Source: Podarcis liolepis
Lineage: Eukaryota
DNA length: 64,000 bases
Assembly (NCBI GenBank): GCA_965112155.1
Contig: OZ218107.1
Strand: one strand, 5' to 3'
Shown piece after piece: positions 39,001 through 48,649 of this stretch. The position numbers and the translations under genes were made by a program. The stretch's first letter is position 1. Every line of letters starts with the position of its first letter. Under the pieces are notes generated by a model that had not been told where the DNA came from, made no database searches, and worked only from the letters and a program-made list of their open reading frames with translations.

Positions 39001-42000
39001 TCTGAGTCTTCTTTGGCTAGTGAGGAAGGGAACAAGACCAAACATTACATATTGCTCTGGTTCGCCAGAAGCAGCTTAGTCATGCTGGCCACATGACCCG
39101 GAAGCTGTACGCCGGCTCCCTCAGCCAATAAAGCGAGATGAGCGCCGCAACCCCAGAGTCGGCCACCACTGGACCTAATCGTCAGGGGTCCTTTTACCTT
39201 TACCTTTACCATGGCATTGAGAGAAATGGGGAGAAATTATGCTCAAGGATGGGTCAGTTCTAATGTCACACTCATTACAACATCAGTTTTCTGCAAGATG
39301 TCATGGTCACAATTTGTTTTTATGATTCAAAAGTCACAATCTCCATAACCTCCACCAGTGTTTCTTTAAAACGGGTTTTACCTTTGAAGGCACTTTAACA
39401 TCCTTTTGAAGGACAGAAAGATCTCTGTAATAGTCTTTGAAATCTTTTGGCAACATTTCAACACTTATGGACATGGCTTCATCAAGTGCTTCATAATCAT
39501 AAGATGATGATTTCCTTATTCTTTTAAATTGCTTATTTTGAAGTTGTTTAAGGTAGTATTCCCAGCGATTGGGGAAATCTCTTAATAATGCTCCTATCAA
39601 AGATACCACAAGAGGAGAACCTGAAAAACAGGAATGGATGAAATTACTAAATGAAAATTAAACTTTTGATAAAAGAATAGCAAATTGCAAAGAGAATGCT
39701 GTGAAGGAAATGTAATTTTTACATTGAGTTGCTCACTGGTCTAGCTTAGACATCAAAGTTAAATGTAGCTAATTGTTTACTATGCACATATAGTGGTACC
39801 TCTGGTTGTGAACGGGATCCATTCCAGAGCCCTGTTTGCAACCTGAACAGAACGCAACTTGCATTTGAGGGTCACGATTCGCCGCTTCTGCGCATGCATG
39901 TGACATCATTTTGAGCATCTGCGCATGCACAAGCGGCAAAACCCGGAAGTAACCCGTTCTGTTACTTCCGGGTCACCGCGGGACGCAACCTGAAAAGATT
40001 TAACCTGAAGCAAATGTAACAAGAGGTATGACTGTACTGATCTTACCCACTTTGCTTCTCTGTACTAGCACATGGGAGAAGAAACCATGATACCTCGGCT
40101 TAGCATTATGTCCAAACTGTGGGTTTTGCTTTGTTTTCTCTGAAGCAATGCATGATCTGTCAGTCAAGAGCAAACCTTAGATACAGATTGTAGATTGTTC
40201 AAAGTGAAAAAAACCACAATGCTCAGTTTGAAAACAGCAAGGGATTGTGGTTTCTTTCTCCTACATTTTTGCAAAGGAGAAACAAATGCTGCATTTTCAG
40301 TAAATCATTAAATATGGTTTATCATGACATGTGAATGAGGTCACAGTCTAGTAAACAGCATATATAAGATGAAAGTTAAAAATGGTTTCTTTCAAAATGC
40401 AGAGAAAAGGAGCGTTCTTACCTTTGCATTCTTTTACAATACAATCAGCTTTTTCTGGTAGTTCTGTTATTTCTATATTAACAAACCGAGATAATATTTC
40501 AAGTGATTTTTCATGTGTTAGTCCACTTTCCACAGGAATTTCATATTTCTTGCCTGTGTTTAGAGTTTAGATTCAAATAAAAAAGGAAATATTTAATTTA
40601 ATGCATGCTACGTATGAATTTACACTGTAATTAGGATTTAAGTTACAAACATGGGAATTTTAACTGGGCTTGCTTAAATGTGCTGTATTTATTTATTTTA
40701 ATTATTTAATTATTGTTGTTCATGGTATATATGCATGGTATATTCCATAGAATTGTAGAGTTGCAAGGCACCACAAGGATCATCTAGTCCAACCCTGTGC
40801 AATGCAAGAATCTTTTGCCCAATGTGAGATTAAGAGTCACATGCTGTACCATCTAAGGTATTATTATTTAATTTCCTCTATTGTTGTCTATCGCTTCCCT
40901 AATACAGTTGTCTGAATCAACTATTTACAGTTTTCTCAAATTTTGTATGCTCTTCAGTGATCTCACTATACTGGGTCATTCTGTGAAATTCAATAAGAAG
41001 CAGTATTACTAAAAGCTCAAATCCTGTCTTTCTACATCTCTGTCTTCCTAGCTACATAATAGAGATTATGAGCTATTTTTCAAGGACAGTGCAGTTTTTC
41101 TCCTCTGAACAATGCCTACATTACTGTTGCACTTAGTAAGTGTTAATGGTAGTCATGGCAACACAATTAAAAAAACCACACTGTACATGAGTAACCTTAA
41201 ATACTTAAAAGGAGGAAGACGACGCAATCCTTACCAGCTACAGAATCTGTTACACTCCTATCTCTACTGGTGATAAGAACCTGGCAATGACTGTCAAAGG
41301 ATTTTAATACCCAGGAATCCCAAATGTCATCAAGCACCAAGAGAGACCTATTAGGAAAAAAGATACGTCAAGCTTGGAGGCACTGTACACCTGCTTTGAA
41401 GATTCCTCAATATGTTAAGAACCAATAGACTTTTCATTTCACTTCATTTTTCAAAAGTGCTCCCTTTTAAATATTTATTCTAAACAAAAATTTGAGTCTC
41501 ATGTGCTTTATATCCACAACAACTAAAATTGCCCAGAAGGAAGAATTATTGTCTGGGACAATTCTCAAGAGCTTGACTGGACTAAACCATAGCAGTTCTA
41601 TACTTAATGAACAGCATTTTCTATGTATTTTACATTTATTAAACATTTGCAGAGTTAAAGGACATGCTAATACTGTATTCAGTGTTAGCCACATTTGAAC
41701 ATATTTGTTAAAAGATAGTTGTTTTCCAAAAACAGCTAGCTACGTTACAAGAAGCACAATAGAAAAAGCTAAATACTGCTAAATTCCGAATCTGGATGAG
41801 TTGAGATCAGCCAGTAATAGCGGGTGACTGTGGAGAAACCATAGCCTAGAACTTGTAAGACTGAATCAATTCAGGAAGTCTTTTGGACATATGTTCAACA
41901 TATTGCTCATTACAACTAGAATCAAATGGGAGTAAGGAGTTCTATTAACGACAGCTAACAAATCTGGCTCATGCTTTAGGTCGAAGTGGTTTAACACGAA

Positions 42001-45000
42001 GCCTGCAGGGCAGCCTTTTTTTGGCAGCCCTTGCCAAGTACTAAAGGAGTGTTGCTAGTGCTAACGACCATTCCATTCCATTTTCAATTAAATATATTAA
42101 TTGTGTATATTAAATAATATAAACTATATTGTGAACACTTCAATTTATGACCTGGAAATTTAATTCAGTGTGCGTCCTGCAGGTTCTGTCTAGAAGCACT
42201 CTTGCAGCCCACTTGGTCTGAGAGGCTGGATCACCCTGCTCTAGATGAACCAAGCATGCAATCTAGAATTCTTTTCAAGCCAGTAAACGTGCAAAAAATT
42301 CACCAGTGGTAAGGAACTTAAAATTCACATGCTAGAAGACACAGCATTGCTAATTGTGACTTGGGCTGGATCTAGACGCATCAAAGAAGCATTTCAATTT
42401 AAAGTGTTGTAAATTTAAACAAGGGAAACAGGTAGAGAAAAACAATGTTATATCGCACATGCAACGCATAAAAATCTCCTTTTCTTTACCAGTCTAACCG
42501 AGTCCTTGGAAAAGTCTTGATTAAGCCATTGGGTACATACATGAAACAAAGACAACACAAGTCTAGTAGCTGACTTGAAATGTTCAGATATTTCTTTACA
42601 CTATTGACAGTACCTTGGGTATTTGCGCAAAAATAGCAAACGAAGGCGATCTTTAGCTTCCTCTATATTAAGTGGTGGCCTCTGAGAGTAAGTGAAATCC
42701 TGGTCTAATCTTAGACAGAGATTTTGGAGTTTCATTAACAGACCTGCTTTGTCTTGTTTCCCAACAGAAACCCAATGTACTCCTCCTGGGAAACAATCTA
42801 GCAAAAAGATATAAAGTTGAATTTATAATACAGATAGATACAGTTACATGTATGTCTAAACATAAACAAATTTGTTTATTTTAAAAAGCAACAAAGCTAA
42901 CTGAAAAAGATTCTAAATGTTTATATTTAAGAACTTGTGCCTAAGTTGGCTTGATTTCCTCTTCTCTGCCATGCAATTTACTTTTGTGACATATTTTCTT
43001 GATTGTAAGCCTGAGCTCAAGGACTGTCTTGTTTGCTATTGATATTATGTAAACTGCTCTGAGAATCTTTTGGCTGCCAAACAGTGTAAAATGCTTAAAA
43101 TAATAAATAAAATCAAGCTATAATTAAGAGAAACAAATGAGAACAGGATGTTTACATTCAGCACAAATAGGTATAGGACACATATATTGCATCATTCAAA
43201 GAGGGCATATAGGGCTCAGTTCTCAAAGCTCAAAATACTGTTATTCACACCAGATACAGTGGTGCCCCGCAAGACGAATGCCTCGCAAGACGGAAAACTT
43301 GCTAGACGAAAGAGTTTTCCGTTTTGGAGGTGCTTCGCAAAACGAATTTCCAATGGGCTTGCTTCGCAAGACGACAATGTCTTGCGAGTTCCTGCTGGTT
43401 CCCCCCCCCTTTTTTCTAAGCCGCTAAGCCGCTTATCAGCTGATCCAATCAGCAGATAAGCCGCTAAAAGCCGCTAAAAGCCGCTAATAGCGCTAATCCG
43501 TCAATGGGCTTGCTTCGCAAGATGAAAAAACCGCTAGACGAAGAGAATCACAGAACAGATTCTTTTCGTCTTGCGAGGCACCACTGTATGCTCTTTTGCT
43601 GCTATAGCTGTTGAATATAATACCCTTCACTTTTACAGTGATACCAGTATTACATGAAAGGTTAGTGTACCAATTGTGTTATAAAAAGAATGTAATTAGT
43701 TAATATGGTTGCAGCAACAAAGCCATCTTCATGAGATCCAAAATACGTTTTCAGCTTACTGCAAGTCATAGCTTATTTCATAACTACAGTATTTGCTTCT
43801 GTGAGTCAAACCGCACTACTCCTCATGTGATTTTCTAGTATTCACAAATTTAAAAAATACATGGTTTAGGCAAGCTATTTTCACCACTATTGCCTCTTGT
43901 CTGGAGGTAAACTATCCCTTGCAATAACCTCTAGGCAGCAGAACATTGCTTATTGATACAAAGCAGCTAGAAATACCTTTCAAAAGACTGTGGTCACGTA
44001 ATGCTTCTGCCGCCAAAACAGTCTTTCCACAGCCTGCCATGCCATAAACAATAACCCATCCTGGATCGTTTTTTAATTTATACAATTTCTGTTGAATTCT
44101 ATTTGCTAGTTCTGGACGAGTGACGAACACTACTGGTCGCTGTGGAACACCACCTTCACAGAGAATTGTCTTAACTTAAATTCAAAAGGAGAAGATACAA
44201 AAAAATAGAAATAATGTAGACAATATAACTTGCAGAGTTTTAAAGTATTAAATAGAAATACTGCATCACCACTCCTAATACACAGAATAGCATCATCACT
44301 CATGATAATTATTCTATTTAGAGGCCAACTAAAAGAAATTTGGCTTCAAATCACCTAGGTTGTAGGTGTAGCAGCCAGCCCTTTAAAAGAAGCACAAATT
44401 GCATTCCTCAGCTGTTTGGTATGGAGACAATGCTGGAAGGGAAAATCAATTTAACCTTAGCCCCAATATGTAATAGTATGAAAAGTAAACTCCTACACAC
44501 AAGCCACAAAAACTAACGCAACCCTATTGTTGACTTACTTTAGTGGATTTGTATATTGTAGATTAAATCACTTGGAAATGAAGGGACCATAGAAATTAAA
44601 TATATCCTGAAATACTTTTTTCAAAAAAAAGCAGAGTACAGAATATTTTCATGCAATGAAGAATAGTTTGTCATACTGACCATATGAAGTTACTCCATCC
44701 ATAGAATTCTTTCCATTATAAGGGGAAAGAATAGGGATGCCATCCTGGAGAAGGGCAGCAAGATCTTTGTATCCCTCATGAAGCAGCGCATTATAGAAGG
44801 ATACGTAAGCATAATTATCTTTGGCAAGAATTATTTTTACTAACATCGCTGCTCGTTCTCTCTGTGTAGTCTAATAAGGGAACAAAAAGACAATACATAT
44901 TTGATACAATCCACCCAACCTTCAGCACTTTTAAGCCCCATTTCAGGCGCAAGGACAAGTATACAGAGGTTCCGCGATTGGAACACAATGCACTGCCAGG

Positions 45001-47201
45001 AAATTGTTCATTAGGCGAGCTGATGATTTCCATTATTTCCTTAGGAAACATTTCTAATCCATGCTTTCTGTGTGAAACTGCTGCAGCCAATCAGCAAAAG
45101 CCAAACAAAGGAAAATCTGATTTGTCCAGTTTCTCCTGCTCCCCGATATGTCCAATCTTTATTCCTCCACAGTTTCTGCCCGAAATGACTGCTGCAAACT
45201 AGTAAAACCCAAACAAGTAAGGAAGTGGGCAAACTCTGGCTGTTTGAATATCCGAATCAACCATTTGTGTAGCAAGGTTTGGGTGTAATTCTGTGTGTTT
45301 GGATAACTGAGATTTCAAGTGCTCTGATAGTGGGACCTTGCGTTTAAATCTTTTCGACTGAAATCAATTAAGTTTGGATTTAGGTGGATTATGTCCCATA
45401 CAACAATTGCTAGGTTACTTAGCAAACAATCCAGGCAGTTGTGCACTTTTGCAGTCCAATATGATGCATGTCTATTCCAAAATAAGTCTCAATGGCAGTT
45501 TTTGAATGCCATCCTAAACCACAGTTTGGTTGAATAACCCTGGTTTCCTTCTGCACTTTCTGAGCTTCCTCCCAGATGGCCAAGAGTCGTTTAGCAACTG
45601 TTGCTTTTAGTTAAGCAGGATTTATCATATTATCTGATAACAACACAGTAGTTAAGAGTAAAACAGTTTAGCTTAAATTTCAAGTCATGGTTTATAAAAT
45701 TTGCTTGTATTAAACTACCTGTGGCCCTCCAGATATTGTTGTATTCTATCAGTCCCAACCACCATGGTCAGGGAAGATGGGAATTTGAGTTCAACATCAT
45801 CTGGAGTTCTCAGATTGCCCACCCAGATTTAAATTAACTGTACTTAATGTTAACCACGGTTCTAAGTTCAGATGACACAGAAAGCTGTAGTTAACTAAAA
45901 ACAGAAGTGAAAGCTTCTTTTGGCCACCTGGTAGCAGAGCACAAGCGCCTAGAAGAATAGGTTTATTCACATTGTGCTAAACCATGATTTAGGATGACTT
46001 CCAAATGCGAGCACTATGACTTACTTCCAGGTAAGCATGTGGCAGGTGGCGCTGTGGGTTAAACCACAGAGCCTAGGGCTTGCCGATCAGAAGGTCAGTG
46101 GTTCGAATCCACATGACAGGGTGAGCTCCCGTTGCTCGGTCCCTGCTCCTGCCAACCTAGCAGTTCGAAAGCACGTCAAAATGCAAGTAGATAAATAGGT
46201 ACTGCTCCAGCGGGAAGGTAAACGGTGTTTCCGTGTGCTGCTCTGGTTCACCAGAAGCGGCTTAGTCATGCTGGCCACATGACCCGGAAGCTGTACGCCG
46301 GCTCCCTCAGCCAATAAAGTGAGATGAGCGCCGCAACCCCAGAGTCAGTCACGACTGGACCTAATGGTCAGGGGTCCCTTTACCTTTAAGCATGTGTACA
46401 TTTGCAGCCTTGATACCATGTACATACCACAGGCACACATCTATAAAGTATTAATTCAACAAACATACATTCATATGAAAAACCATGTCTAAGATACTCA
46501 GGGAGACAATTGCTCAAACCTATGAAAGAATGACACCCCTCTTCTCAAATTTGGAAACCATTTTTATAGGATATAGTCTGAGTGCAACCAGATCTTCTAG
46601 AAGATGAAGACAGTAACATTTTATTTGACGTAAATTGAGCATGTCTATTTTGCTATGTTTCCTATTAACATTATTAAATTACTGTTTTTAGTCACAGAAT
46701 AAGTTATTTTCAGTTAACGGCCACTGAAATAAAGGGGAGAGTCCCACTGATTTCAAAGCCATCTGTCTCCAGATGAAGCTAGTTGCAATTAGTTTCCATG
46801 GATAGGTAGTCACATGTTAATTTAATGACTAACTTTCCATGGGATCTAATTGCAACTAGCTTCATCTGGAGCCAATCCAGGTTTTCATTTAGCTAAAATA
46901 TTTCTACTTTTTTCTGTTAAAGGTATCAACTTTACAACTTCAATGTTCAACTTTGTATTGCACTAATGTCCATGAGAACCTGAAGAGCACTGCATTTATA
47001 AGAGAGTCTGTAGGTGCTTAAATATTACAGCAGCATAAAATACAAAAACTGCAAATAGTTTACCTGGGCTTTTACTTTCTCCTCTTCCAGCAATGTTAAT
47101 GCTTCATCCGCAATCATATGATCCATTATGTAAGAAGTCTTGATATCTCTTTCCAATGCCTCGCAATTCTGAAGCAAATAACTTCGAGCCATCATATCCA
47201 T
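10682..47201 (-). CDS. APAF1: Apoptotic protease-activating factor 1, complete spliced CDS (26 coding exons, 3756 nt, 1251 aa; CARD - NB-ARC - WD40)
   Basis: Exons (minus strand): 47064-47201, 44681-44870, 43977-44174, 42614-42797, 41235-41347, 40422-40553, 39382-39620, 37474-37641, 35290-35415, 34252-34365, 32744-32928, 31946-32072, 30393-30518, 27959-28093, 26549-26674, 25223-25384, 23720-23848, 21661-21786, 19979-20098, 17987-18112, 15842-15967, 15395-15514, 14985-15110, 13025-13150, 11170-11316, 10682-10828. All introns are GT-AG with consistent phases and no in-frame stops. Walker A GMAGCGKT, Walker B LLVLDD and LHD motif are present. Colinear with recalled human APAF1. Confidence 0.97.
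11170..11316 (-). CDS. APAF1: APAF1 exon 26 (WD40), VWNVLRGELL...SSGGYIQ
   Basis: AG/GTAAGT boundaries; 147 nt; phase 0. Confidence 0.95.
11512..12123. mobile_element. Degenerate hAT-like non-autonomous DNA element (boundaries approximate)
   Basis: 3' end GGCCAGAGATTCCCCACCCCTG resembles hAT-Charlie termini; internal imperfect inverted repeats; no clean TSD. Confidence 0.4.
13025..13150 (-). CDS. APAF1: APAF1 exon 25 (WD40), VWSFESSSVLHKLNGHDGCVRCCAFS...GEIR
   Basis: AG/GT boundaries; 126 nt. Confidence 0.95.
13430..13880 (+). mobile_element. CR1 LINE 3' fragment, degenerate (boundaries approximate)
   Basis: AGATTCAGGACAGACAAAGGAAAGTACTTCTTC...TGGAACTCA...GATGTGGAGATGGCCA resembles the CR1 ORF2 C-terminal region. 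Confidence 0.6.
14985..15110 (-). CDS. APAF1: APAF1 exon 24 (WD40), LWNTVTGELERDIICHEDT...SADKTAK
   Basis: AG/GTCAGT boundaries; 126 nt. Confidence 0.95.
15395..15514 (-). CDS. APAF1: APAF1 exon 23 (WD40), VWNWQTEEFILLKGHKEP...SFDGTVK
   Basis: AG/GT boundaries; 120 nt. Confidence 0.95.
15842..15967 (-). CDS. APAF1: APAF1 exon 22 (WD40), VLNLSSGNILKSRTGHKEAV...SSDDSTIQ
   Basis: AG/GT boundaries; 126 nt. Confidence 0.95.
16135..16495 (-). mobile_element. Sauria SINE, full length
   Basis: Head GGGACGCGGGTGGCGCTGTGG and (ACCTTT)n tail on the minus strand; 13-bp TSD TCTTCCTTCATTA at 16122-16134 and 16500-16512. Confidence 0.9.
16547..16891. mobile_element. Tc1/mariner (Tigger-like) MITE, family B
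   Basis: TIR CAGTGGTGCC(T/C)CGCAAGAC; TA flanks. Confidence 0.88.
17575..17722 (+). mobile_element. tRNA-Lys(CTT)-derived SINE with CR1-type 3' tail
   Basis: TAGCTCAG..GGTA.AGCATGAGACTCTTAATCTCAGGGTC...TTCGAGCCCCAC is a tRNA-Lys-like head with a broken acceptor stem, followed by a CR1-like end TTGGACTAGAT...ATTCTATGATTCT. Related fragments at about 36375-36440 and 40745-40840 (-). Confidence 0.8.
17987..18112 (-). CDS. APAF1: APAF1 exon 21, LINGFTGHTVYQTEEQEPFISCCCL...NGTVK
   Basis: AG/GT boundaries; 126 nt. Confidence 0.93.
19979..20098 (-). CDS. APAF1: APAF1 exon 20, IWETKKVCESSAVVLKREIDV...KHLQ
   Basis: AG/GTAAGT boundaries; 120 nt. Confidence 0.95.
21173..21390. mobile_element. GC-rich hAT-type MITE
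   Basis: Imperfect TIR CAGCGGCG.AG / CTCCGCCAGTG; 8-bp TSD TTCAGGAG at 21165-21172 and 21391-21398. Confidence 0.8.
21661..21786 (-). CDS. APAF1: APAF1 exon 19 (WD40), IWNIESSSKIADCRGHMSWVH...SDDQTIR
   Basis: AG/GTGAG boundaries; 126 nt. Confidence 0.95.
23199..23554 (-). mobile_element. Sauria SINE, full length
   Basis: Same head and tail as the other copies; TSD CTTTCTAGAGG at 23188-23198 and 23555-23565. Confidence 0.9.
23720..23848 (-). CDS. APAF1: APAF1 exon 18 (extra WD40 repeat cassette), LFDVKTSDLLTEVLISHHSTIQYCDFCP...YSVE
   Basis: AG/GTAAGT boundaries; 129 nt (43 aa); corresponds to the alternatively spliced WD40 exon of mammalian APAF1-XL. Confidence 0.94.
25223..25384 (-). CDS. 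APAF1: APAF1 exon 17, LWYAHSANELKTID...AAKNRLF
   Basis: AG/GTAAGT boundaries; 162 nt. Confidence 0.95.
26549..26674 (-). CDS. APAF1: APAF1 exon 16 (WD40), LWDLNKKQCRNTLFGHSSSVTHCRFSPDD...DGTLK
   Basis: AG/GT boundaries; 126 nt. Confidence 0.95.
27959..28093 (-). CDS. APAF1: APAF1 exon 15 (WD40), VWNSRTGQLVCVFEEHAEQVNCC...NDTFVK
   Basis: AG/GTAAGT boundaries; 135 nt. Confidence 0.94.
29925..30180 (+). mobile_element. L2-like LINE 3' fragment, degenerate (boundaries approximate)
   Basis: Resembles the L2-like ends at 35538 and 49550; AATAAATAAT tail. Confidence 0.5.
30393..30518 (-). CDS. APAF1: APAF1 exon 14 (WD40), VFKAGSGEKLLEVKAHDDEVLCC...DRKVK
   Basis: AG/GTAAG boundaries; 126 nt. Confidence 0.95.
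31032..31374 (+). mobile_element. Sauria SINE
   Basis: Head GGGTGGCGCTGTGGGTTAAACC; tail CCTTTACCTT; 13-bp TSD TTACCATTCAGAT at 31019-31031 and 31375-31387. Confidence 0.9.
31946..32072 (-). CDS. APAF1: APAF1 exon 13, NKKSMKNMYRLVVRPHTDAVYHACFS...MLQ
   Basis: AG/GTAAG boundaries; 127 nt. Confidence 0.95.
32744..32928 (-). CDS. APAF1: APAF1 exon 12, DAIARENFQEFLSLNGHLLGRQPFPDIVQLGL...VEW
   Basis: AG/GTAAG boundaries; 185 nt. Confidence 0.95.
33138..33202. repeat. Compound microsatellite (CT)n(CA)n
   Basis: Directly visible. Confidence 0.97.
33302..33867. mobile_element. Tc1/mariner-type non-autonomous DNA transposon with GC-rich core
   Basis: TIR CCGTATTTTTCGCTCTATAGG at both ends; TA flanks. 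Confidence 0.9.
34252..34365 (-). CDS. APAF1: APAF1 exon 11, ELCALMFSLDWIKTKTELVGPAHLIHEY...LDEK
   Basis: AG/GT boundaries; 114 nt. Confidence 0.95.
35290..35415 (-). CDS. APAF1: APAF1 exon 10, ALHKKVVDQY...QEDCMYWYNFLAYHMASANMHN
   Basis: AG/GTAAGT boundaries; 126 nt. Confidence 0.95.
35538..36022 (+). mobile_element. L2-like LINE 3' end with (TTA)n tail
   Basis: Translates ...RAFSAVAPIWWNTL, an L2-type ORF2 C-terminal motif; followed by AATAAA and (TTA)n at 35969-36022. Confidence 0.75.
37474..37641 (-). CDS. APAF1: APAF1 exon 9, VFCILWDLETEEAEDILQEFVNKSLL...LHDLQ...QLQ
   Basis: AG/GT boundaries; 168 nt. Confidence 0.96.
38228..38449. mobile_element. Tc1/mariner (Tigger-like) MITE, family A
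   Basis: TIR CAGTGGTACCTC.GGTTA; TA flanks; homologous to 6301-6542. Confidence 0.88.
38455..38660 (-). mobile_element. L2-like LINE 3' fragment (boundaries approximate)
   Basis: Reverse complement resembles 49660-49860. Confidence 0.6.
39053..39210 (+). mobile_element. Sauria SINE, 5'-truncated
   Basis: 3' half of the SINE with repeated ACCTTT tail. Confidence 0.85.
39382..39620 (-). CDS. APAF1: APAF1 exon 8, GSPLVVSLIGALLRDFPNRWEYYLKQLQNKQFKRIRKSSSYDY...VPSK
   Basis: AG/GT boundaries; 239 nt. Confidence 0.97.
39791..40034. mobile_element. Tc1/mariner (Tigger-like) MITE, family C
   Basis: Degenerate TIRs (C/T)AGTGGTACCTC / GAGGTATGACTG; TA flanks. Confidence 0.7.
40422..40553 (-). CDS. 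APAF1: APAF1 exon 7, KKYEIPVESGLTHEKSLEILS...VKECK
   Basis: AG/GTAAG boundaries; 132 nt. Confidence 0.95.
41235..41347 (-). CDS. APAF1: APAF1 exon 6 (Walker B), SLLVLDDIWDSWVLKSFD...DSVA
   Basis: AG/GTAAG boundaries; 113 nt. Confidence 0.96.
42614..42797 (-). CDS. APAF1: APAF1 exon 5, CFPGGVHWVSVGKQDKAGLLMKLQNLC...KYPR
   Basis: AG/GT boundaries; 184 nt. Confidence 0.96.
43257..43586. mobile_element. Tc1/mariner (Tigger-like) MITE, family B
   Basis: TIR CAGTGGTGCC(C/T)CGCAAGACGAA; TA flanks; internal AAGCCGCT repeats. Confidence 0.88.
43977..44174 (-). CDS. APAF1: APAF1 exon 4 (Walker A), KTILCEGGVPQRPVVFVTR...GMAGCGKT...SLLK
   Basis: AG/GT boundaries; 198 nt. Confidence 0.97.
44681..44870 (-). 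CDS. APAF1: APAF1 exon 3 (CARD), TTQRERAAMLVKIILAKDNYAYVSFYNALLHEGYKDLAALL...TSY
   Basis: AG/GTCAGT boundaries; 190 nt. Confidence 0.96.
46042..46386 (+). mobile_element. Sauria SINE
   Basis: TSD TAAGCATGTG at 46032-46041 and 46387-46396. Confidence 0.9.
46767..46871. repeat. Near-perfect inverted repeat (about 46-bp arms, outer 26 bp perfect)
   Basis: CTCCAGATGAAGCTAGTTGCAATTAG ... CTAATTGCAACTAGCTTCATCTGGAG. Confidence 0.92.
47064..47201 (-). CDS. APAF1: APAF1 exon 2 (first coding, CARD), MDMMARSYLLQNCEALERDIKTSYIMDHMI...KAQ
   Basis: ATG at 47199-47201; GT donor 47062-47063; probable acceptor gives exon start 47244. Confidence 0.95.
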
Positions 47202-48649
47202 TTTTATTCCAACTTGTTTCTTCCTTGCTGAATGGTAACATGAGCTAGCCAAGACAATATAAAATTAGTAGATTTTTTAAAAATACCCTTAAAGTGTGTA
47301 AAAATTACCATTACATTATTTCAAGAAAAACTAAAACTGCCAATCAAGTATCAATCTTCTTTACAGTACTGGCATAAAAAGTGCATTGTATACATGGATC
47401 AGAACACAACTGTTAATCAGGTAAAGATTGCTATGGATTCTATGGATTCTTATTAGACATACAACACTTACCAGTATTTCAATCTGCAACTGATTCTGGA
47501 GGCATCAGTATGTAGGTAGTTTTTAAATTATTCATGAACCAGGGGTTCACTGAAGTTTATAATACACCATTCCAAACAGTATTCTGAATGTAACAAAATA
47601 AAGAAATCCTTAGAAAACTTTATCAGAAGGTAATTCAATAATGCAAAGGAATGATGATCTGAGGTAGGCAAGCAGATATGTGAATAAAAATGTTATTTAA
47701 TGATCTTGGGAAATATAGATACCAATACTAAAGAAGCACAATATTAATTAATTGAATCTACAGTAATTTACAGAAAAGAAGTGCAGTCAAATATGCAGAT
47801 ATTAAAAGTTTTTATACACTTGGGGAAAAAAACTGTACATGACCTATATAGAGTCTTAAAAACTCTATTAAAGCTACTGGAAGCTTGAGATTATAAAATT
47901 AATGTTGACGAAACACTCTACAGGTTTAAAAACTACTTGATCAAAGTGCTCTCCAAGCAATGGACAAATGAAATTGTACATAAAACACAGCTGAATCCAC
48001 ATGACAATTAAAAAACACACACATCATTAGAACACAGATAAAGTTAACAGAAGACTTTCCAGTAGAAGTCGCTGCTAGACTAATGTAGAACATCCATTAC
48101 AAACTTCTGTAGTACAGTGCAACACACACTAGGAGACTATTGTTTACCTCTTTATACTTTATTGGTTCATACAATTACTAAGAAACTGCTGGCAACAGCA
48201 ACGTAGCTTCCAAGTATAGAATAAGTTATTTAAAGCACACACTCAGTTATCTTGTCTACCCATCTGAATACACACACAAACAAAAAACAAACTTGCAAAA
48301 TAATGTTAAGTCTCGAGACTGCACCAACTGAAGCCATTCTGCTCCAGATATGCAAGGACAATCTACCACCTAGACAAAAGGCAAATAGAGGGATGACATA
48401 TGATCTTGGATATTTGCCCACATAAGCCATCAGAATTATGCAGAACAAAAGACTTGAGGAAGTGCATAATAATAATCTATTGTTACTGGGATTTGCGCTG
48501 TCAGGTGCATCAAACTGCGTCTTCAGGCAACAGATTACCACCAGAATTTAGTGACTGCCCCGGGGATATATGTGCATATTAATCTATCAGCTATGTGATA
48601 ATACCCAAGCCCAGCCCCTCATTTGCCTTAATCAAGAAATACAGTACAG

